Shown here: positions 52,359 to 64,000 of the stretch, piece after piece | Numbering within the stretch: position 1 is the stretch's first letter | Layout: the number at the start of each line of letters is the position of its first letter | NCBI RefSeq assembly: GCF_001194135.2 | Contig: NC_069003.1 | Span: forward strand, 19,283,400-19,347,399 | Direction: 5' to 3' | Length of the DNA: 64,000 bases | From: Octopus bimaculoides | Taxonomy: Eukaryota | Made by a program: the position numbers and the translations under genes | The notes under the pieces: model-generated | The model's input: the letters and a program-made list of their open reading frames with translations, nothing else | Databases searched by the model: none | Told to the model about the DNA's origin: nothing

Positions 52359-53699
52359 ATACATATATACATGTGTGTATATATTATATATACGTACATA
52401 CAGACATATACATATATACATACATGTATATATAAATATATACACATATACATACATACACATATATATATATATATATATACATATATATACATACATA
52501 TATACATGCACACTCATGTATATATACATACACACACATATACACATGCATGCACATACATATATATACATATACCCATGCACAAACACATATACATATA
52601 CACGCATATATATAAATACGTGCTTACATACACACCAATTCATAAATTCAAACATGGACTTGTGTGTGAATCCTTCATGAATAAACAAAATTCTATGCTT
52701 CATGTAACATCTGCCGAATTCAGACTGATATTCCACCCACTACGCACATCTGCGTTGACAGGTATTTACCATAACTTACATCCTGCCAGTCCATCCCCAT
52801 CCCAGGCATGCCCCCAGCTTTCCCAATTCTTTACCTCTAAATAAAGAGACTGAGGTTGCTACCCTTTAATATATTCTCACTCTGGGGAATTCATTATCTT
52901 TCCTGTTAAATCTGTTACTGAATTTGTGCAAACAAAACCAAAGTAATTCCAATCCCACAAAACCAGCCGATACCATATAGTTACAAATATTCTTTGACTC
53001 TTTAACTGGTTTCACTGTTTGGTGCTGGGTTTTTGTACATCTTGCATCTGCTTGATTCCACTCCCATTCCATTAACGTAGCTAACCCAAAGCGACTGTGG
53101 AAGACACTTGCCTAAATTGCAGCACAGCATGATCAAATGTTGAAACATATGGTTACAGAGCCAATTTCTTAATTATTATGCAACTGCTGTGTTAACATAC
53201 ATTTTCATATATATTAATTTGACGAGTATTTTATACTTTTTTTTCTGTACTTAAATATACTGGCACTCCATTGCTTATGACAATAAGGGTTCCAGTTGAT
53301 CTGATCACCAAAAACAGTCTGCTTGTGAAATTAATGCGCAAGTGTTGAACAATTCACAGACATGCGTACCGACAAGGTTGGCCCTTTGAAATACAGGTAC
53401 TACTCATTTTTGCTAGCTGAGTGAATTGGCAAAATAGAAATAATCATCAGTAATGTATGGTGTAATCATCAATTAAAGATGTGATCTTCTCCATTCTGGT
53501 TCTTGTCACATGCTCCAAATTTCTTGAAATACATCTAAGTGATATTTGGATTTATTTGTCAAGCACGAATAATTACTTTGGATATTAATTCTCCTTGAAT
53601 TTATCAATATCTGACTGTTTAATTTAAACAAGTTTGTTTAACACTGAGTGCTTTCTAGATATCTGCCTGGATTTATTAATTCCTTTTATTTATTATTAC

Positions 53700-53736
<37 letters not shown>

Positions 53737-56700
53737 GTGTGTGTGTGTGTATATATACATATATATATATATAGAGACACACACACACACATACATACAT
53801 ACATACACATATATCTTTTATCTTTTTTATTGTTTCATCATCATCATCATCGTTTAACGTCCTCTTTCCATGCTAGCATAGGTTGGATGGTTTGACTGTG
53901 GACTGGTGAGCCAGAGGCTGCACCAGGCTCAATCTGATCTGACAAAATGTCTACAGCTGGATGCCCTTCCTAATGCCAACCACTCCGAGAGTGTAGTGGA
54001 TGCTTTTACGTGCCACCGGCATGAGGGCTAGTCAGGCGGTTCTGGCAACGACCGCTCTCAAAAGGTGTCTTTTACATGCTACCTGCACAGGAGCCAATCC
54101 AGCGGCACTGGCAACGACCACGCTCGAATGTTGTTTTTCATGTGCCACTGGCAACTCTAGGGTTTCAATCAAATGAATCACTTCCAGTCCTTATTTTTCT
54201 AAGCCTGGTACTAATTTCATTAATCTCTTATGCTGAACCATCAAATCAAAACATATTGTGAAGAGGTGGTGGGAGACAAAAGACAGACGTACACACAGAT
54301 ATATACAAACATCCACACACGATGGGCTTCTTTCAGTTTCTATCTACCAAATCCATTCACAAGACTTTGGTTAGCCAGAACTAGAAGACACTTTGTTATG
54401 GTACCATGCTGTGGGGCTGAACCCGAGATCATGTGGTTGGGAAGTAAACTTCTTACCACAAAGCCATGCTTGTTCCTAAATATATATGGGTATAACTACT
54501 AAAGAGAGAATCTGTACATGATCACTTGATCTGCTAGTAATAGCAGTCAAATCTCTCTCAGATCACACCTCTATCATCTTAAATAAAGGCAATGTAGTCC
54601 CAAACAAATAAAAAGACAAGATGGAAAAAGCTGTACACTATTATACAATGAACTATTGAGTTATGTTTCTTTATACCAAAAATTAATGTTTCTGTTTGAT
54701 AAAGAGAGAACAATTAAATAAATACTGGAATGAAATAAATACCAGGAATCCAGGAATTGATGTGATTAGCTAAAAAGACCTTAAAACTGGTGCCCCAGTA
54801 TGGCTGCACTGATGATCAGTAAAAGAATAATCACTGCTATTTCATTATTATCCTGGATTGCCATTTCTTTCTTATCAGTCCTTTTGGCATGATTAAGAAT
54901 AGAGAAAATGTACATCCAATAATTATATTTGTGGATTATTCTAAATGAATTATCCATACCCATGCCAGCATGGAAAGCGGACGTTAAGCGATGATGATGA
55001 TGATGATAATTATTCATAAATATAATTTCTTTTGGAAACCATGGACAATGATCATACGAGTGGAAGTTTTGAAGGAAATCTGGTTGTTTTTCCATTGGAT
55101 ATTATAAATATGGTAATGAAATGAATGAATCCAGACAAAATTGTGGCACTGATACTGTATTAGAGATGACATCATAATTAAATATCTATGAAAGAGATTA
55201 CCCTTTACGATCTTCCATTTCTGTTCCCTCATATACCTGTGTTGCATCTTGAGGGCATGCTCTCACCATCTCTTCTGCTCATTCCAGCTGGGGAAGCCAT
55301 GTATTTTCTGTTTGTGTCTCTCTATCATTTTTAATTTCTCAATGCATAACTCGAAGCCTTCTGCCTCAGAACTACATCCCCACTCAGTTGAGGTATCTTG
55401 TCCTGTGAGTTACTTGGTGCGCATGCTAGTGCCTGGTCCACAAAAAATGCGCCCGGTACATTCTGTGAAGTGCTTGGTATTAAGATAGGTATCTAGCCAC
55501 AGAAGCTGTGCCAAAGTAGACACTGGAACTCAGCACAGTCCTGTGGTTCACTGGCTCCTGTCAAACCATCTAACCCATGCCAGCATAGAAAACAGAAGTT
55601 AAACAATGATGATGATAAAAATTTGTTTGAGAATGGTATCACAGCAAATAGCCAGAGTCATTGGTTAAACTTTTTTATGGTATTTGGTCTGACTCTCTGT
55701 GCTCTGAGTTCAAATACTACTGAGGTCAACTTTGCCTCTTATTCTTTCAAGGTTGATAAAACACAGCACCAAACCAAAATGGTGGATTACCAAAACTGTT
55801 GTACTGGATGTTTGTGACATCTGTTCTGGTCTTTTGTGTTTTGACAGCTAGGCCTGGGTTGACAGTGGGTCCAAGCTTTATTGTCTTTACCTTTTCCCTG
55901 GACATCATTGGTGGCATAAAGAAAGAGAGGCTAGCATGCATGAGGAATTGCTAGTCTTCCACAGAATAATCTTGCCTAGACTGTACCTGGGAGAGGAACT
56001 TCCCAGGGGTAGACTCCCAAGGTCAGCCATGATCCAACGAGATTCCAGCCAGATTTACATGAATTCATATTGTTTTTCTTACCCCAATCCTATTCTTTAA
56101 TTTTGAAATGCAAGATGACAATGAAATGAAATGCAGGGTAATAATGAAAACAAAAATGATAAATAAATGCGATGAAACCCTCTCCATACAAATAACACAC
56201 ACACATTTGCTGGAATGATATATTAAAGTCTGACATTCAGTTTCAGTATGATAATGCTGAAAACTGTGAAGTTAAGTCTGATAGCAAGGTGAAGTAAGAG
56301 AAAAAAAAACACTAAGAGGATAAACATGATATTTGGAATAAGAAGTAAAAGTTATGACACATATTCATAGAGAATTATGCGATAAGAGAGGAATAAAAGG
56401 ATAAGGCTTGGAGATAAATCCAAACGGGAAAGGTTGGAAACTGTCATAGAGAGAGAGAGAGAGAGATTCATTTATATTCCTTTTGATGTTGTCTCTATTT
56501 TCTACCTACATTTGATGATAACGATGCTCATACTCCATGGACATGACAAATATAGAGATATTTCAGATCTTTACTGAACAAAATGAGTAAGTGAAACTTC
56601 ACATGGCAGCTTGACATGCAATAAATAACAAAATATTCTCCTTGTTCCACACATCTATGCGTATATTCATACACACATACATACAAAACAGGTGGAAGAA

Positions 56701-57199
56701 AAATGGTACTCAAATACTGGAGATAGAGTAATATGCTTTTATTAAAACTGACAAAATCTTCACTAACTGTTACTCGGGTTTTCATATTACTGTTTGTCAG
56801 ATAAATGTGATCATATATACACACACATGCACGCACATACTGTGCCTGTCTTTGTGTTTGTCCCCCACCGCCACTTGACAACCAACGTTGGTTCCTTTAC
56901 ATTTCCATAACTTAACAGTTTGGTAAAAGAGAATAAGTACCAGGCTTAACCCTGCCCCACCAAAAAACAAAATACTGTTCAACTAAACCCTTCAAGATGG
57001 TGCTCCAACATGCCTGTAGTCCAATGACAGAAATAAGTAAAAGATAAAAGATGGATGGATGTGTGTTCTTTTTCTGTTTTCAACTTACAATTAAATTTTA
57101 ACCACCTGCTTGGTAGCAAGGTTGTGAAGGAAAGCATCTTTTGTTCATCATTCTTTAAACCTCAAGAAGGCCTTGCAGATTTTTTATTACCCCAGATAT

Positions 57200-59235
57200 C
57201 ATGATATCATCAATGTTCTGCATCATGAGGACCAAAGACTTGAGGTGTCTCATGTTGCAAGACAGTGCGTGAGAAAGAATCGTGATGTCATAGGAGAGAA
57301 ATGTGTCCGCATGGATGACGGCTCACTTGCATTTAACGAGGCTGCAAGAAGAGAGGCTTGGAGACACCACTGTGAAAGGTTGCTAAATGAAGAGAATGAA
57401 TGGAAGAAAGAGAGTTTGCTGAATGCTGACCCAACAGAGGGACCAGCTATCCGAATTGACAGTACCTTGGTAGATAAAGCAATTAAGGGTATGAAGACAG
57501 GGAAAGCCCCTAGCCCACCAGGAATCACAACAGAGATGCTTAAAATATCTGGTGGTTTCAGCTATAGTCTAGTCACCTACATAGTCAACCAGATGATACA
57601 TGAAGGAGTCATACCCAATGACTGGTGTAGCAGCACCATAGTTAACTGTCACAAAGGTAAAGGTGACGCATTAGATACAAACAATTACAGAGGTATCAAG
57701 TTGTTGGATGAGGTAATGGAAGTCACGGAGAGGGTCATAGCTACTACTTAGGGAGCAGGTCAGTTTAGATGGGATGCGGTTTGGGTTCGTGCCAGGGAAA
57801 AGCACCACTGATGCTATATTTCTGGTGAGACAGCTGCAAGAGAAATACCTAGCCAAAGATAAACCTCTGTACCTGTCTTTCGTTGACATGAAGAAAGCTT
57901 TTGACAGGGTCCCCTGATCCCTTATCTGGTGGTCAATGAGGAAACTAGGGATAGATGAATGGTTAGAGAGAGAGCTGTACAAGCCATGTACAGGGATGCT
58001 GTCAGTAAGATGAGGGTTGGCGACTAGTACAGTGAACAATTCCGGGTAAGGGTCCACCAAGGATCAGTCCTCAGCCCCCTATTATTCATCATAGTCCTCC
58101 AGGCAATAACAGAGGAATTCAAGGCAGGATGCCCCTGGGAGCTCCTCTATGCTGACGAACTTGCTCTAATTGCTGAGTCATTATCAGAACTAGAGGAGAA
58201 GTTTCAGGCATGGAAGCGAGGATTAGAATCAAAGGGCCTTAGAGTCAACCTAGCAAAAACCAAAGTCTTAATAAGTAGGAAGGCAGACAAACCACAAATC
58301 CCTTCAGGTAGATGACCCTGCTTGATCTGTAGAAAAGGTGTAGGTAGAAACTCCATAAGATGTACCCAGTGTAAGCTATGGACACATAAAAGGTGCAGCA
58401 ATATCAAAGGAAGGCTAACTGGGAAGAAAGTTTTTGTGTGTGGCAAATGCTTAGAAGCAATAAGCACTGAAAACGTGCAGAGAACAGCTTCCATCACATT
58501 CCAAGGGGAAAAACTACAAGTGGGTGACAGCTTCCATTACCTAGGTGACCAAGTCAGTAGCGGGGATGGATGCTCTGAAAGTGTAGCTGCTAGAATAAGG
58601 ATAACCTGGGCAAAGTTCAGAGAGCTCCTACCTCTGCTGGTGACAAAGGGCCTCTCGCACAGAGTAAAAGGTAGACCGTATGACGCATGTGTGCAAACAG
58701 CTATGCTACATGGCAGTGAAACATGGACCATGACTGCTGAGGACATGCGTAAGCTTGCAAGGAATGAAGCCAGTATGTTCTACTGGATGTGTAATGTCAG
58801 TGTGCATACACGACAGAGTGTAAGCACCCTGAGAGAAAAGTTAGACTTAAGAAGCATCAGATGTGGTGTGCAAGAGAGATGACTGCACTGGTATGGTCAT
58901 GTGTTGCGAATGGATGAGGACAGTTGTGTGAAAAAGTGTCACATTCTAGCAGTTGAGGGAACCTGCGGAAGAGGTAGTCCCAGGAAGACCTGGGATGAGG
59001 TGATGAAGCACAACCTTTGAACATTGGGCCTCACCGAGGAAATGACAAGTGACCGAGACCTTTGGAGATATGCTCTGCTTGAGAAGACCTGGCAAGACAA
59101 GTGAGACCATACCTGTGGCCTATGCCAGTGCTGTATAACTAGCCCATTTAAGAGTACCCTTCAATGATTGGACAATAAACTATGCTTGGGAAGACCTGTT
59201 GAGGCAAGTGAAATCACTGTCATGACCAATGACAG
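57200..59235 (+). mobile_element. 5'-truncated, inactivated RTE-clade LINE (RT domain, no APE)
   Basis: KGKGDALDTNNYRGIKLL, TTDAIFLVRQLQEKY, SFVDMKKAFDRVP, VHQGSVLSPLLFIIVL, LLYADELALIAE, WAKFRELLPLL and GRGSPRKTWDEV motifs. Several stops (e.g. TGA near 57915, 58313, 58880) and frameshifts. Confidence 0.95.
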
Positions 59236-59641
59236 TACTGCATGATATAATTTGTCTACAAATTTTAAAAAGACAAATTCAAAAAACAAACAAAAAATAA
59301 CAAAAACTAGGCTATTACGAAAAAAAAAGAATTTGATCCTTGTTTTGGATAAATGGTTCTCAAACCCTCTTGGTTCATACTTTAAACATTTAACTACATC
59401 TATCCCATATGTATTATAAAACAAAATCACATAAGCAGTTTGTTAAGCAATTTTTTTCATGATCTAATAATTCGATTAAGAATATCTGTCCTTGATTCTA
59501 CTCTTTTGTTAGCAGATTTTTTTTTAAAAACGGTCCTTGTTTACAACTTGGTGTCCTCCAGGTTGTAAACAACACTATAGTAAATGGATGGCTACAACTT
59601 TATTGATTCAGTATACTGAAAAACAAAACCTAATACCAACA

Positions 59642-59692
<51 letters not shown>

Positions 59693-59725
59693 TACACACA
59701 CACACACACACATAAATATGTACAT

Positions 59726-59769
<44 letters not shown>

Positions 59770-59812
59770 ATATGTAAGCAAATAGATGCGTGTAGTGAAG
59801 GAAGATACTTAC

Positions 59813-59882
59813 TTAACGTATAACCGTATTCATCCTCTTGTTCTTCCTCTTCATCAAACACTCCATCATCTAGTTTAGAATC
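59813..59882 (-). CDS. Single 70-nt internal host exon, possibly of an MPDZ/PATJ-like multi-PDZ gene
   Basis: ttaacacag|GAT...TTA A|gtaagt (phase 0 to 1). Encodes DSKLDDGVFDEEEEQEDEYGYTL. EDEYGY resembles the EDEFGYSW linker of MPDZ (recalled similarity, not searched). Confidence 0.55.
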
Positions 59883-59960
59883 CTGTGTTAAATGATATGT
59901 GTAAGTCAAGATTAAATGATAACAGATATATATAGACACACACACATACACAAATAGAAA

Positions 59961-60008
<48 letters not shown>

Positions 60009-60879
60009 TTAAATTTACAGATAAGAGAAGAAAGTACGCAATACTTTAAGCAGTGTTCATATATTTTCTTCATTATAAAAAACTGAACACTTCTTAGTGT
60101 TGTTACTTGAGATTTGCTCCAGTGATTACAGACACACACATGTGTGTATGTATTTACATAATTAACATATATGAATAAGTGTACAACAGAAAACCTGAAT
60201 GAATTATTATTACATAGAAATGTATGTATGCAAGCATGTACATATGAATGTCTGTGTGTGTATTATGTATAGATATGTATGTATACTATTCTTTTATGAA
60301 GGAAATCAAAGCTAATAAACTATAGATAATACTATGTACATAGAATATTGGGTTAAAAGAATCCTTGAATGAAGAAAAATTGTCTACATGCTATTTTTCA
60401 TAGCTTTATATGCTTTAAGTTCGTCCATAAAAAATATTTTACTTCGGTGCTCCAGCATGGCCGCAGTCAAATGACTGAAACAAGTAAAAGAGTAAAAGAG
60501 TATACCTTTTGAAGTTTATAAAGACACACACACACACACACGTACACAAAGGTATATGTTATGTGTAATTAATGATATGCCAACAAAAGCACAAACATGC
60601 AAATTAAGTTATCTACTATGATGGTAGCCTAATTTTTGACTGCTTTATATATATATCATATATATATATAGCAATTAGAAAATGGAGGAGAATATGCGGT
60701 ATCCATCGAGTTGCAGACAGTGTATTCTGTTGAATTAACCCCACTTTTACCCGCATCCACTTATTACACTTGGTATAGCACCAGTGTAACAATAATTGGG
60801 TACCCTCCCAACAGTATATTGGATAGATACTATCCCTTAGTGGGTTGAATCCTCAACCCCTAACTCTCTTGCATTATAT

Positions 60880-60933
<54 letters not shown>

Positions 60934-62381
60934 CTGAAAATTCTATGCAATTGATTAGGAAAGAGATTGGTTATATCCTCTCTGAGGAGTAGTCAACAAT
61001 CTGTGAAATGGTTCATTAGGACACTAACCCAGTTCTTTTTTGTCTGCATATCAAAAACATAGAATGAATGTGTTTGCATTCTTATAGTCCCCTTTCAGTT
61101 GGGTTTTCTAACACACACACACACATATATGATCTTGTGAATATGAAAGAGTGAGTAAGCTTGCTGGTTGATGTCTATACTTTGTGATGATAACAGTAAC
61201 AACAATAATAATAATGATATTGATGTACATGTCATATCATACAAATTTCTTTTATGGATTTCAATGAATTGAGTAGCAGTAATATACAAGTACAATTATA
61301 TTTCCATCTGTTTACAAGAAAGGTTTTTGTGTTTGAAATATATATGAAATTATTATGATCCTTTGGTTGACAACTGATGAGGATTTAGCAAGATTCTATG
61401 CATGTATTTACTATTTATTCTATTTATTTTTATTTCTACATAATTTTTGAACACACACACACACACAGATAGATAGATAAGTGTGTGTGTCTGTGTTTGT
61501 GTTCACATGTTTGTCTATGCCATTTAACTTAGTGGTTCAGCAAAAAGGGTTTGGTAAAATAAGTGGTAGTTTAAAAAAAAGTACTGAGCCAGATATAACT
61601 GATTAAACTGTTGAAGATAGTGATCCAGCTTAGCCACATTCAAATCACTCATACCAGTAAAAAGAAAATACCAAAAAATTATAAACCACCAAAATTAATT
61701 ACTCAGAGGCATCCTCTGCATGAATAAAAAAAGCAATAGTTAAGTTAATGTTAAAATGTTTAATGTAGCAAACATTTAAAAATTTAATTAGAAATGATGA
61801 TTTGATGAGGAAAAGACAAGTCACAAGTGCACAATTCTGTGAGTAGCTGGAACAATGTATAAAACTGGTTTCTTATATGAAAATACAACAACTTCAAAAA
61901 TACAAGCCTCGTTACTGTTACATGGCAGCAAGTAATTAAGAAGGCATTACCAAAGAAAATTGTCTTCAGCTGGGAATCAAAACTAATTTGCAGATGCAGT
62001 TTACCTAAAGAATGTTTGTCTTTTGCTTGACATTATATTGCTTGTTGCTACGATGTAATCTTTACAAATGGTTTTGTTAAATTTTCCAGGATTGGAATGA
62101 ATTAGCTATAAATAAATCTTGAAACTTATATATTTATTTGTGAGGAGGACGAAGGGAAAAATGACAATTTTGTAAGATGACAACAACAAAACTAATTTTA
62201 TGGTGATGGAACAACAAACAATGTTATAAAATATTTTCCAGGGAAAAAGTTAAGAAAAGCTTTTTTTATTGTTCATGATTTAACCTTTTTGTTACCATAT
62301 TTCTGTTGAAATACATGGCCTTTGTTTCAATTTTGAAAATAATGAAGAATTTAATAAAATAACATTGTCATGTTAAGCTAG

Positions 62382-62779
62382 GATTAGAGAGAGAGAGAAG
62401 AAAGGAAAAGAAAGAAAAGAAATTGGGGGTGGGTGGTAAAGCAAAAGAAGATGGAGAAGGAGGGGCTGATGCGTCACATACCCCAGAACAAATGGTGTGC
62501 TCAGCCATGCCTTGCAATAATGATTGTGATGGCATTGCCACACAGAATAGCTAGCAACACTTGCTGCAGTAGCCACTCCAGCTTGTGAGACTCATTTCTC
62601 TGACAGAGTACTGTAATCCCTATTTTGTGGCAGAAATCAGTGCTACAGGGTTCCAGAACACCTGCCATCTCAATGGTGACTGGCACAAACTAATAGTTGT
62701 AGGTTAGGCCCTTGTACTTATTGATTTTTCTTCCCTCTGCATTACAAGTGACAACATCTGGGTTTGCAGCTGATGCAGC
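62382..62779 (-). mobile_element. CRE-like non-LTR retrotransposon 3' fragment, 7-bp TSD
   Basis: Minus translation AEGRKINKYKGLTYNY*FVPVTIEMAGVLEP...EWLLQQVLLAILCGNAITII. aagctag at 62375-62381 and 62780-62786. Confidence 0.65.
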
Positions 62780-63053
62780 AAGCTAGAATTTAGAACATGA
62801 ATTAACATGAAAATTTGATAGAAGGTCTTACTTTAAATCACTTTAAAGCAAAGTTTGCATCACAAAATCAGGAGGGAGTCTCGAGTGTGTTACAGAACAC
62901 AGATTAATTGGGTCATACAATGTTTAACCCTTTAGTTACTATGTTTCTGTTGAAATTCACTGTTACAATAAACTTTGGAAAAAAGAAAAACAGAAAAAAA
63001 GAATTCAATAAAATATCTTTGTTATTATCAAGCTGGTGTTTGGAACATAAATT

Positions 63054-63179
63054 GGTTTCAGATTTGGCACCAAGCCAGAAATTTGGGGGGAGGGGGAAAG
63101 TCAATTACATTGATATTTCCAGGGCACAACTGGTACTTATTTTACTGACCCCGAAAGGATGAGGTAAAGTCAACCTTGG
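63054..63179 (-). mobile_element. 5'-truncated SINE family C with 13-bp TSD
   Basis: tggaacataaatt at 63041-63053 and 63180-63192. Confidence 0.85.
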
Positions 63180-63910
63180 TGGAACATAAATTAACATAGA
63201 ATTTTGATGGAAGGTTTTATTTTTGATAACTTTAAAAAAGGTAGTTTGTATCATAGATGTAGGGGCACTCATTTACAACTATCATGCAAAGTCAAGATGA
63301 GATACAATCATACATATATATACATCTCTCTCTCTCTCTCTCTCTCTAGCCAAGTGAGATTGTAGTTGTGGCCGATGCCATGTAAAAAGCACCCTTCAAA
63401 TGTTGGGTGATATGCTGTACTTGAAAAGACCTGTCAAGCCAAGTGAACTCATAGTCGTGGCTGATGCCAGTGCCATCTGACTGGCACCTGTGCTGGTGGC
63501 ATGTAAAAAGCACCATTTGAGCACTGGGCCTCACAGAAGCAGTGACAAGTGACCGAGACCTTTGGTGATATACCATGCTTGAGAAGACCTGTCAACGTGA
63601 GATTGTAGTCATGACTGATGCCAGTGTCATGTCAATGGCACCCATGGTACTGGTAAGTGAACAAGCAGCTACTACATGCTTGGAGTGATTGGTATTAAGA
63701 AGGGCATCCAGCCATAGAAACCATGCCAAATCAGCTCCCCTTCTTACCAGTTTTCAGTTAAATTGTCCAACCTATGCCAGCATGGAAAACAGATTTTAAA
63801 TAATGATGATGATGACATATAGCTCAAATTTATAGAAAACAAAAGATGAAGACAGGTGAGGGAGTAACAAGCAGGTGTATTAGTCTGATGCTCGGGAAGA
63901 ATGGAAAAGT

Positions 63911-63946
63911 CTTTGATGTTTCGAATCTTTGCTCTTCAACAGAAAG
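63911..63946 (-). ncRNA. Variant minimal hammerhead motif in a probable PLE terminal repeat (about 63815-64000)
   Basis: Minus: CUUU CUGUUGA A GAG caaaga UUC GAAA CA UC AAAG. Perfect 4-bp stem I, A6U core change, ACAU stem III (ACGU palindrome with CpG decay inferred). Confidence 0.5.
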
Positions 63947-64000
63947 GGTTGAGGGGGAAAAAATGGAGAGAGATTTCCTGTTTAAGAGTGATATAAATTA

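Larger units (their letters stand above)
62280..63260 (+). mobile_element. Two copies of a TTAA-CC(C)TTT-starting (piggyBac-like) non-autonomous element, each interrupted by a retroelement
   Basis: Starts at 62280 and 62924 share ttaacc(c)ttt.gttac.at.tttctgttgaaat. Second halves (gaacat.aattaacat...tttgat.gaagg) resume at 62786 and 63183. Right TIRs not recognisable. Confidence 0.5.

Noticed and set aside
52780-52836. Possible 57-nt minus-strand exon (tttag|...|gtaagt)
   Set aside because: Neither open frame resembles a known protein or the PDZ sequence expected after the 59813 exon.
61365-61405. CTGATGA-GGAT...ATTC HHR-like start
   Set aside because: No GAAA and no stem I; insufficient.
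61800-62200. Possible decayed coding sequence
   Set aside because: Stops in all frames and no recognisable motif.

Overview
AT-rich animal genomic DNA from a gapped scaffold (11 N-runs, nearly all bounded by (TA)n or other simple repeats). The repeat landscape suggests an octopus or other coleoid cephalopod (inference, no database search run). The window is almost entirely intronic or intergenic: microsatellites, at least three tRNA-derived SINE families, and fragments of RTE, L1/Tx1, CR1/L2, R4/Dong and CRE LINEs, Penelope-like elements (PLEs), piggyBac- and hAT-type MITEs and a probable Helitron end. No complete host gene is visible. The only convincing host exon is a 70-nt minus-strand exon (59813-59882, DSKLDDGVFDEEEEQEDEYGYTL) resembling the linker before a PDZ domain of MPDZ/PATJ proteins. 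The most interesting signal is a set of minimal type-I hammerhead ribozyme (HHR) motifs from several PLE-related families. One lies downstream of a GIY-YIG endonuclease remnant, others lie in foldback or direct-repeat structures, and most can be read with one extra nucleotide between the CUGANGA core and stem II. Most listed ORFs are microsatellite or N-gap artefacts.
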